A DNA stretch of 64,000 nt. Source: Chrysomallon squamiferum (lineage: Eukaryota; Animalia; Mollusca). Below are positions 1-9,788 of the stretch, piece after piece; the stretch's first letter is position 1; every line of letters begins with the position of its first letter. The notes beneath the pieces were generated by a model. That model saw only the letters and a program-made list of their open reading frames with translations, was not told the origin of the DNA and did no database searches. The stretch is taken from the NCBI GenBank assembly GCA_012295275.1, contig CM022666.1, forward strand, positions 12,772,001 through 12,836,000. Reading direction: 5' to 3'. A program made the translations under genes and the position numbers.

Positions 1-187
1 CGTTACTAACACAACGTTTAATAGTTTGTTTTCTGCACTCACCTTCTCTTCGCACAATATAGGCTCTGTCTGTGTGTGTGATCCGCGGTTTTGATACATA
101 ACAACCTTCAAAGCAATCGAAACAGTCGCTAGAAGTATGTTGAGAAACAACAGGGCACAAACTACAGCTCTCATTATTTTTATCTCC

Positions 188-231
<44 letters not shown>

Positions 232-271
232 CGGCTTATAAATCTGTAAGTGATAAAAAAATAATTTAAAA

Positions 272-665
272 ATTAAGGTGCTGTTACGAAACACGCCTGC
301 TACAGGTCCGCGCTCTCTCTGACAACGCCTCGGTACGAGTAAGTTTGTATACGTGTAGAGGACCGATCACAGCTAGACTTACCAAGTCACATGATCATGT
401 CACATAATCCTTCCTTGTAGACCTGATTAGCTCGTAATTTTTTTTTCATTTTCAGTTTCAGATACTACGTTAATTTCTTACACATTACTTAGTAAAACTG
501 GTGTATCCTCTGTTTGGAAGAAACAAGTATGAAACAACAACGACAGCGATGACAATAACAACAACAATAATAACAAAAAATTAAGGTTCTGTCACGAAAG
601 ACGCCTGCTACAGGTCCGCGCTCTCTCTGGCAACGCCTCGGTGCGAGTTAGTTTGTATACGTGTT
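272..665 (+). repeat. Two copies of an ~85-bp GC-rich direct repeat
   Basis: AATTAAGGT.CTGT.ACGAAA..ACGCCTGCTACAGGTCCGCGCTCTCTCTG.CAACGCCTCGGT.CGAGT.AGTTTGTATACGTGT at ~271-356 and ~579-664. Confidence 0.9.
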
Positions 666-1357
666 AGTATTTGATCACCAATGAATAAACAAAAATTTAA
701 AATTATTAAAACTAGATTAAACAAACAAACATTATTATTTTATTTATTTACTTTAAAGAAATAAACAACAAATCTACCAAATTTCATTACTATAACCAAC
801 TTAAAAATGAAAAGAAAACGAAATTAAATAATAATAATGTTATTAATAAGAACAACAACTCTTTACAAAATAACAACCACAAAACAAACAAAATGAAAAC
901 TGTAAATGCTTTTGTCAAATACCTAATATAATTATTTCAAGATTAAATTTCATCATATGAGAACATTTATGCAGAATGATAACTAAGAAAAACAAAAATC
1001 TTCTGAAAAACCTCCAGAGAAAAATAAAGGCAGAATCTGGAATGAGATGTCGAACTATCAGTAGAAACTGTTTTACTTCTATATATTGAACATGACAACT
1101 TAAACACCAATTATTTCCATCTTGAAGTGTTTCTTTAATAGTGTTTCCTTTGATAGCATGTGCATATTATCTAAAAAAAACCCCAGTTCATCTCGTTCAT
1201 AGATGATAATAACATTTAATAAAATTGCTTAAACACAGTAAAAGCACTGCATCATTAAAGCAGTGTCATTATATGTGATACTGGCAAAGGATCTTTCACA
1301 ATGATCAAGTATGACAAGAAAATAAAAATATCTTATGATGCATGCAGGCTGTATAAA

Positions 1358-1412
<55 letters not shown>

Positions 1413-2099
1413 TTGTTGTTGTTGTTGTTGTTGTTATTATAACAACAACAATAATAATAACTGAAGTGTGCAAATGAGAATTTCAGTATAAATTTAGTGA
1501 TCCTTCTTCCACTTTTAAAGCTTTCACTCAGTATTATTTTATCAAGTAAATAAAAATAAGAACAATAAATAGAAATCAATAAATAAACAACTAAATTAAT
1601 GTATAAAAAAAAAAAACCATCTAATGGTGATAATTAGCTTAACTTTATGTACTTCTTTGAATTTTAAAGATTTCACAAGCAATAAATTCATAATAAAATT
1701 TTATCAGAAAGTAATTTTTCTTTTGACTAACTGCAGTTCATAAAAACTTCTGACTATAAGAACTTTAAAAAAATATGTAATGGAAGATTAATTTTGTAAA
1801 ATTAACCAGAACTAACATTTTCCTTGTCTTGGATAGAACTTATGATGTTAGTGACAGGTGTTTTCTCATGGAATCTACAAAAATCACCCACATTATGTTG
1901 TTAACTCAGTATTTTTGTTGTTACCATTACTTTGTTTTAATTTTATTTTATAAATACAATCACAGCCCAATTCATTTCAAAGTGTGAAATGCTTGGTTCA
2001 CCACTGGATCACTACATTTTGTATTTAAAACAACAAAACACAAAAAAAACACTTTGGTCTAGTGGGTGACATAAAAATGATGCTGTCATAAACAACAAA

Positions 2100-2775
2100 A
2101 CATGTTAACATCGTGAATGTAACCTTCACTGAAGTACTTGAAACTCTGCTGACGGCTTTTGAAAGATATAGCCGTATCTCTTAAAAATCCAGACAGAAAT
2201 TCACCGACAGATCGGACAATTTAGTCCTTTTTCTACGTGATTCTTCCGCCATTCTTTTTAGTTTAACTAACCGAGCAACAATCGGGTTACATCCCTTTGG
2301 GGCGGAGTTATGTACACTGACTGATGTAATCGTTTATAAATGCATGTGCATGTTTTGTAAATATAACTTTCAATAATACATTCCTTGTAATTTTATATTT
2401 AATGCTGTAACATGTTTGTTTTGAACTAACACTGGATGTTAATCAAATAGTATTTCTACATATTTCTAGTAAAGTATTATTTATTTTGTTCTTGTTATTT
2501 TATTATAAATTAAGGAAATGTAAACGACAATTATATTGTTCGATAACCGGTCAAACGAAGAAATAATACGTTCGATTCTATGGTCGGAGAATTTCAAATT
2601 TCTTACCTTTGTGCAGTCACATGTATCCGAGTTGATTTTCGATGAATACATCTGTTCCCACGGCCTTCCGCATATGATTGATCCACTTGAGACATTTTTG
2701 TAAATTCCATTTTGCTTTGGAAAAGGCACGAGTATTACACCAACTATTCTTTCCGGATATTGATCATACACAGAC
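2100..2775 (-). mobile_element. Decayed THAP-domain DNA transposon remnant (ISL2EU- or Kolobok-type, unresolved)
   Basis: YPERIVGVILVPFPK / NLQKCLKWI / CGRPWEQMYSSKINSDTCDCTK followed by donor GTAAGA at ~2607 is a frameshifted THAP exon. About 2254-2105 gives MAEESRRKR... / FKYFSEGYIHDV, resembling the N-terminus of transposon-associated SWIM/YqaJ proteins as I recall them. Confidence 0.55.
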
Positions 2776-2828
2776 TGTAACTTTATCTCTTTACCACGTT
2801 TGTGTTTAAGCTTCTGCACAAAGATGAT

Positions 2829-2937
2829 TGGAATTGGAATTGGAAAAAAATTAACGTGCTAATCAGAGCAAGCTGTTGTGAAGCACGTCTGCGACGGGCA
2901 CGCTTTCTGACAGGTCAGCGGGCGTGTCCGTCGCAGA
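2829..2937 (-). mobile_element. 109-bp 3' tip of the same I-group LINE with a (TTCCAA)n tail
   Basis: Reverse complement matches about 5813-5909 with few mismatches; 11-bp TSD ACAAAGATGAT at 2818-2828 and 2938-2948. Confidence 0.9.
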
Positions 2938-2986
2938 ACAAAGATGATGCAAGCATGCTCGTTTATCATTGGATCAAGGGTCAACT

Positions 2987-3850
2987 CAGTCTGTTTAGTA
3001 AATTTATACTCGCTAAAACTTATTGGAGGATAACATTTGGATGAAAAAAAAAAATAATAATAAAATAATAATAATAGAAAAATAAATAAAAATTGTCATA
3101 ATAATAATAATAATAATAATAACAACGTAACGCAAAAATACCGCAAACCCAAGGTGAATAGTTTCATTGTTTTCTTTTGATGAGAAATAAGTTCGCGAGC
3201 TTTAAAAGAATACGAAATGACATTATCAATAAAAACTTTAAAATATTCGTGCAAACTTAAAGTTTGTTATTTTAATAGTTATTCTGTTTTACTAACAACG
3301 TTTAGTCGCTAGATGTACGATACAATCACTTTAAAACATATACTATAACTGTGAATTTAATATTATTATTATTATTATTATTTTATTATTTTATTATTAT
3401 TATTTTTTTTATCCCCTGTTTGCCTGGCAAGGGAGCCAAATGTAACTATCCTAATAGTGGGGATCAAATATAGGTGTCGACCCGAAACATAGGTCAATCT
3501 GAGACAGGATTTAACCAATGTTTCTTTATCCCAGGCAGGTTTGTTATTTAAAGTAATTAGTGTTTTATTTTGTTTCTTGTTCAACTTCATATACTAAATC
3601 TGCCACTATGACAGTAGCATCAACGTTACACTTGCTGTTTTCACTGTAACTGAGTTTTATTATTTTTTGCGGTTCTTACAACACATTATCAAGTAATTCA
3701 TATACTTTTGATTTCCTTCAAATAAAGTTTAATATTTCGATATGGTGGTGAATACATACGAATTAGAATACAAATGAATACACATCTATCTATACATACA
3801 TTAGATAAGCATGTACAATTAGATACATACACAAGCATACATATATACAT
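2987..3850 (-). pseudogene. Relic of a duplicated GPCR locus: 3' flank/UTR and last 7 codons joined directly to upstream flank
   Basis: 2987-3045~24575-24630; 3125-3360~24679-24945; 3505-3684~25238-25437 (including CCKNRKK and stop at 3660-3662); 3688-3850~28154-28290. Also 25-250~17022-17245. Confidence 0.88.
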
Positions 3851-3933
3851 ACATAAATACATACATACATACATACCTATAAATAAATACGTACATACAC
3901 AGACATACCACAGTTTGACGTACTCCAATCCCA

Positions 3934-4218
3934 GCTGGAAGAGCTTGTGCTTCTGTTATGGTAGTATTTCCTATCTCCAGATTTTACTGAGATATAACAT
4001 TAATTTCATGTCTCCAAACATTAATTTTTCTTGCAATCTCTATTCCGGCTGATCTCTGCTCTTCACTGCTCATTAAGGATAATCTTGTTAATCGTCTCAT
4101 TATCCCCATGTGTCTGACTTGGCCTTAATTGCTCACACCAGTTTTCCCATTTCTGGAAGCGGATTAGAACACCTCACCGATTACCTAATCTGGAGACTGC
4201 CAGTTTTGGGAACATACC
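3934..4218 (-). mobile_element. Second, inverted copy of the left end of the same MULE-like element
   Basis: 4060-4218 is the diverged reverse complement of 8943-9101; GGTAGTATTTCCT at 3960-3972 also matches ~9104-9116. Confidence 0.8.
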
Positions 4219-4255
4219 ACTGTATTATTTAAAAATTCAGAATCAACGTCCGCGG

Positions 4256-5240
4256 GTATACACGGCCGAGTTGGTAGCCATCATCAGAGCCATGCTGTGG
4301 GTAAAACACAACAACAACAAACACACAGTCATTTTCTCGGACAGTCTCAGTTCCGTGATCTCAATACAATCCGGAAGTTCAAGCAGACCAGACCTGCTCA
4401 GCAAAATACAACAACTACACGAAGAAATACAACATAACAAGAAAGAACTAACCATCGAGTGGCTCCCAGCACACGTCGGCATCATCGGCAACGAACTTGC
4501 CGACCATTACGCCAAAGAGTCACTCAACATTAAAGACGAAGACATCTGCACAGACATACATTACGGAATAAACGAAATTGTCTCCATCGCTGCCAAACAT
4601 TACGACAAACAATGGCAAAACGAATGGAACAACACGAAAAACAAATGGCACTTAAACATCAAACCGCTCACCAAAACACTCAAAATCACACTCGCCAACA
4701 AACTACACAACAACAATCTCACCAAAGCCAGAATTGGTTACTCAACCAACCTAAACGCAATTCTATACAAAGATAACATCATCACATCACCCAACTGCAG
4801 TTGTGGACTCTCAGAAACCATGAAACACTACTTGTTTCACTGTCCAAATTTTTGCCAAGGAAAGACAAGCACTACGCAATACATTGGAGGAACTAAAAAT
4901 CGAGTTCACGCTCCAACACATCCTGGCACCAAACGTCCTCGCTGCAGTAACAAATTACATCCTCAAAACAAAACACAAACTTTAAACTTTTTTTTTTTTT
5001 TTTTTGACACGAAATCAAACAACAATTATATAAATGTATTGACTTCCGGATTGATTGCTTGAACAGCTGATCGATCTACGGATGGATCGGCTGATTGACG
5101 AATCAATTTGAACGGCCAATTAAATTAATAATTAAAAAATGATAAACATACTATACGAACCCACTTTCAGACACTACTAATCCGGTTATGGTGTCTTACT
5201 TCAATTTTTTTTTTTATAATTTTTAATTTTATTTTATTTT

Positions 5241-5275
<35 letters not shown>

Positions 5276-5294
5276 TTTTTTTTTTTATTTATCA

Positions 5295-5332
<38 letters not shown>

Positions 5333-5912
5333 TATTATTATTATTATTATTATTTTTTTTTTTTTTTTTTTTTTTTTTCATATTCTTATTCAGCTTCAGG
5401 ATTTATAACATCTTTTAAATTAAAATAAAATGTAAATAAGTTAACTACATATATGTTCTTATTTGTTTTAGTTGCAGGTTTTTTTTATAATATCTTTTAA
5501 AACAATAAAAAGAACATTGGCAAAAAAAAAAAAAAAAAAAAAAGGTTTGGACCACGTGGACCAGAAGGAAGCAGCCAAAAAGAAACAACAACAGCAGCCA
5601 AAAAGAAACAACGACAGCAGCCAAGAGCAGAACAACCAGGACGGCAAACAACACAGACCCGGTGATGGATGGCTGATTGTGCCGGATATCACGGGGGGCG
5701 AATTGCGGCTGCGAAACATCCGTACCGTCTCGTTACGATCCGATATGCTGGACACTCCCTTGTGTCCTGCAATCGTGGCGAGAACCAATTCTTTTCCCTA
5801 CCCAAAACTCTTTTCTGCGACGGACGCGCCCGCTGACCTGTCAGAAGGCGTGCCCGTCGCAGACGTGCTTCACAACAGCTTGCTCTGATTAGCACGTTAA
5901 TTTTTTTCCTAT
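4256..5912 (+). mobile_element. 5'-truncated I-group (I/Nimb-like) non-LTR retrotransposon: RNase H, CCHC knuckle and 3' UTR
   Basis: ORF 4271-5062 has RNase H motifs (YTAELVAI, IFSDSLS, WLPAHVGIIGNELAD) and CSCG..ETMKHYLFHCP. It is flanked by a 10-bp TSD ACGTCCGCGG (4246-4255, 5913-5922). Confidence 0.9.
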
Positions 5913-6774
5913 ACGTCCGCGGACTTGCAATTTTGTAAGTTTTGGGATATTTCATTTAGCGAATGCTGCTGCTTTTCAAAACTATCGCAAAATTCTTGCT
6001 TTTTATCATGACACCATTTCCTTGGGACTTCCTTAGAGCTAGATGAAGTATCAATTACAGTATTCTCAAGATTTTCATAGTTTGATACATAAAGGCCCGA
6101 GGACGTCTGATAACAAAGAAGAAAATGTGAGTACAGCAAAGTTTTCTGTTAGGAACAAGAATTTAACATTTGCAATGCAGTAATTAGTGTCTTTACAAGT
6201 ACATTCCCGCACATATCAATCTTCACCTAATCTTTCATTCGTAATAAACATGTTATTATATCTACAGAAATCAAGGAGAATACGACCAAAGTGTTTTTTC
6301 ATTATCATCAGCTTATTAACAAATGACAAATATTAATTTTCAAGCTGGTAAAAAGCATCAGATGCCTTCTATGCCTAGCCACATAACATATTTACATCGA
6401 TTTGAAAATATTTATATGTTTTAGTTGATAATCTTTTATATATATACAACTATACCTCAAGATTTACGATGAGATAAAGAAACTCTGTTTACAGACAAGA
6501 ATATTAATGTTATCAGCGTTATCCATGTTTGATTCAGCTAAACATATTGTATCATAATTAGTGACGGTTTCAAGAAATATAGGATCTCTGAGCTTACTTA
6601 CCAAACCGCACACATTAATCTCTGTTATTTTTAAAACATAAGGACTTCTTTATGAATTTTGTTTCGGCTATTTTTACAACTGAGAGAGTTTTGACATTTG
6701 CTTAACACTGTTTTCACTTGGTAAGACTTGTCCTCCTCCAGTTTCCTATTGCACTGAGTGAACTGACTTGTCTC

Positions 6775-7190
6775 AGTCAGAGTTTGGCTTGTGTTGCTGT
6801 GATCTCTGTTGTCTTGTTTCTGTTGTGTGATCTCTGTTGTCTTGTTTCTGTTGTGTGATCTCTGTTGTCTTGTTTCTGTTGACTGAGTTGTTATGTTTGT
6901 GTTGTGTGAGCTCTGTTGTCTTGTTTCTGTTGACTGAGTTGTTATGTTTGTGTTGCTGTGATCTCTGTTGTCTTGTTTCTGTTGACTGAGTTGTTATGTT
7001 TGTGTTGCTGTGATCTCTGTTGTCTTGTTTCTGTTGTGTGACCTCTGTTGTCTTGTTTCTGTTGGCTGAGTTGTTATGTTTGTGTTGTGTGATCTCTGTT
7101 GTCTTGTTTCTGTTGACTGAGTTGTTATGTTTGTGTTGTGTGATCTCTGTTGTCTTGTTGCTGTTGGCTGAGTTGTTATGTTTGTGCTAC
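6775..7190. repeat. Minisatellite, 51-52-bp unit with a 28-bp short variant
   Basis: GTGATCTCTGTTGTCTTGTTTCTGTTGACTGAGTTGTTATGTTTGTGTTG(C)T repeated in tandem. Confidence 0.95.
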
Positions 7191-7869
7191 TAGCTTCTCT
7201 CTCTTTATATAAAACGAATTTAGTAACAAATTATATATGAATCGAACTTCCTCCCAAGTCTATGCACTTTGTGAAAGTCAATAATATTTTCTACTTTCAT
7301 TTAATTTTTTATGAACTTTTTCAACTCCTCATCTATGTCTTCCTCGTCTTTCTCTCGAATTCCGCATGAAGTGAGTTTGAAGGTCATTGTGTTTTTCTGT
7401 TAAAGTTTCCAAACTCAGTTTTTAATTCACACAACTGTTGTTTCATACTGTTATTATTATCTCTCATTTCACGGGTAGAACTGTTCGTATCCGACACAAC
7501 AGATTTCAAGTCTCCGAGATCTTTGTTATTCCTTTCAAACTATTCATTAACGTAATTCATACCTGTTTCTATATCTTGTACGTTTTCTTAATATCAAGTC
7601 ATTTTACCACTTATATCTTGTACAGTTATTTCCATACTATTCAGTTAATTTTTCCAGGTTATCACACATTATATCTAACTGTCTAGTCAAAGTATCTAAT
7701 TTTATACTGACATCTTGATTGTGCAGAACTGATCAAATTAAACCAGACTTCTTGACCAGCTTTTCTCTGTTTACCTTTTTTCATTTCATGTTGCATACTC
7801 ACGTATCTTTAGCAACAAATTACATTGATAAAACAGATAAAATACCTTTAGTACTTAGAAACATTATAT

Positions 7870-8640
7870 ATTTTCACAGAAATGAGAGACATGACTTTCA
7901 TTTCATACTGCAGTGTGGAGACATTCAAAAGCTTATCAGAAAGAAGCCAAACTAGGAACATCCACTGTACTTCGCTACCATCGAGGAGACCTTTGACATC
8001 ATCAAGCGCGCCCACATCACTACAGCTCATGGAGGACAAGAAAAGATGATCAAGGAGATTAACAAGAAGTACGCCAAGGAAATTTTTACCTTGTTTTAGT
8101 CCATGTGCAGTGAGTGTCACAAACCCTTGTCCTCCTGCGGATGACTCCTTTGACACTGCTGCTCTAAGAGACATTGAGCATTCTCTTTTCACATCATCCA
8201 ACAATAGCAGTCTCTGGGGATATACATCAGACTGGTTCCTGGAACACTGGTTTCAGAATTCCAGACGGGCATGCTATACTGTACTGAGAATACAGAACTT
8301 GGTCAAATGGTCCTGTTAAACCATATCACTTGTACTTTCCACTGGGAACGACTGCATGTCTACAAGATCCACTTGGCCATGTGACAAAAACTCCTTGGTC
8401 AGAATAGGCTGGATTACCACTCATTTGGTTGTTGGACTCTTGCGTTTCTGTTGAGTGCCGATGCACATTTACACTCGTTTTAGATAGTTCTTTCAGCATC
8501 TTATCACGTTCACCGTGACCTGTTGAGATGTGTGCCTGCTTGATGACGTCAATAGGTGTCTTCAATGGAAACATTGAATGTGACCAGGAACTATTGTATT
8601 TTATACCACCTACAACACTTTGATATACAAATAACACAAC
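7870..8640. mobile_element. Two convergent fragments of a KRBA2/SCAND3-like integrase transposase (Ginger2-type)
   Basis: Plus strand: IEETFDIIKRAHITTAHGGQEKMIKEINKKY...CSECH (HHCC zinc domain). Minus strand: DVIKQAHISTGHGERDKMLKEL, (frameshift) GQVDLVDMQS, and C-terminal SLRAAVSKESSAGGQGF. Confidence 0.75.
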
Positions 8641-8705
8641 CACTAATCCCTACCATCTGATTTGTCTTTGATGTAAGAATAACACAACAATAAGGCAACA
8701 TATGC

Positions 8706-8840
8706 TCTGAAGAAGAGTGTAAATAATATATCTTTAAACTGTATTTCTCTGTTATCACTGTTTGATACATTTATAACTGGTGTGCTGTTTCATGGTAGTG
8801 AGATATGGGGTTTTCAAGAAGTAAACTTATCGAATGATTA
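8706..8840 (+). mobile_element. Short fragment of another CR1/L2-group LINE ORF2
   Basis: Translates LLSLFDTFITGVLFHGSEIWGFQE, the post-RT LFD...YGSEIWGF motif also seen degraded at ~11350-11412. Confidence 0.6.
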
Positions 8841-8942
8841 AATGTTGCTTGAAATTAATTAGTACAAAAAACTGTATTTTATATGACAGAAAAATAATTG
8901 GGTGACTTTTATCAGGAAAACGTTATATGAATTGGGATTGGT

Positions 8943-9788
8943 GGTATGTTCCCAAAACTGGCAGTCTCCAGATTAGGTAAGCGTTGAGGTGTTGTAATCC
9001 GCTTCCAGAAATGGGAAAACTGGCGTGAGCAATTAAGGCTAATTTAGAGGCATGAAGAACAGAGGGGCGATTAACGAGGTTAACTTTAATGAGCAGTGAA
9101 GACAGGAAATACTACCTATATAAATACTGTACAGTCATGATGTTTGTTATGTTTGTTACGGCAGAAAACCAGGTGTCGAAACTTCCGTCTTGATGGATAT
9201 ACAACATGCTTGCTCTGATTAGCACGTTAATTTTTTTCCATTTCCATTTCCATGATGTTTGTTATGTTTGTTACGGCAGAAAACCAGATGCGGACTTCAT
9301 ACTTGATGGATATAGGTATGTACGGCGGATTAATAACAAGAATGGTACGGTACCATGGAGATGTCTGTATTCGAGGTTGCTGTACACCTACTGACCAACA
9401 CCATGCGGAAGCGAGCACGGGAGGAGCTGACCAGTATCCCAAAGATATATGACGAAGAGAGGAAGAAGTTGTTGACCGGGTATGGAGACACAACACCACA
9501 GGACATAGCTTCCAAGCTGAGTATGTTTGAGAGCATCAAATCCAGCTTGTACCGACAGAGAGCGAAAAAGGTCCCGCAAACTGGAACATTTCTTGTGTAG
9601 AGTGTAACTAATTGTCCTACAAATTTGGATAAAATACAGTTTAACAAAAGTACATCAATTAAGGTGACGGAACACCAATTAGTAAGGGTGAGAAATAAAA
9701 TGCCAGAAATGGAACAACTGGCGTGTCCAATTAAGATGTGTTATAATCTCACTGCCAGATTCAGGAATGCCAGAATCGCGAATAAACC
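8943..9788 (+). mobile_element. Internally deleted FLYWCH/MULE (Mutator-like) DNA transposon
   Basis: FLYWCH-like LDGYRYVRRINNKNGTVPWRC, followed by MRKRAREELTSIPKIYDEE...FESIKSSLYRQRAKKVP. Imperfect GG-starting TIRs: GGTATGTTCCCAAAACTGGCAGTC versus the reverse complement of the right end, GGTTTATTCGCGATTCTGGCATTC (17/24). Confidence 0.75.
9202..9250 (+). mobile_element. ~49-bp 3' tip of the same I-group LINE with a (TTCCAT)n tail
   Basis: GCTTGCTCTGATTAGCACGTTAATTTTTTTCC is shared with the 3' end of the 4256-5912 copy; flanked by a ~65-bp direct duplication (9136-9201, 9251-9314). Confidence 0.8.

Larger units (their letters stand above)
4219..7790 (-). mobile_element. 5' half of a decayed CR1/L2-group LINE (ORF1 and APE endonuclease), interrupted by the I-group copy and a minisatellite
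   Basis: Minus-strand translations: ORF1-type GIREKDEEDIDEELKKF...IDFHKVHRLGRK (~7365-7245); APE start INVCGLVSKLRDPIFLETVTNYDTICLAES (~6620-6530); HFGRILLDFCRYNNMFITNERLGED (~6295-6220). The frame reads across the I-element TSD as ...CKSADVDSEFLNNTV. Confidence 0.8.

Noticed and set aside
2845-5909. ~90-bp inverted repeats that look like TIRs of one 3-kb DNA transposon
   Set aside because: Each arm has its own TSD (11 bp and 10 bp), so they are independent LINE 3' ends in opposite orientation.
5445-5955. Overlapping ORFs on both strands
   Set aside because: They lie in the GC-rich 3' UTR of the I-group LINE and have no recognisable motifs.
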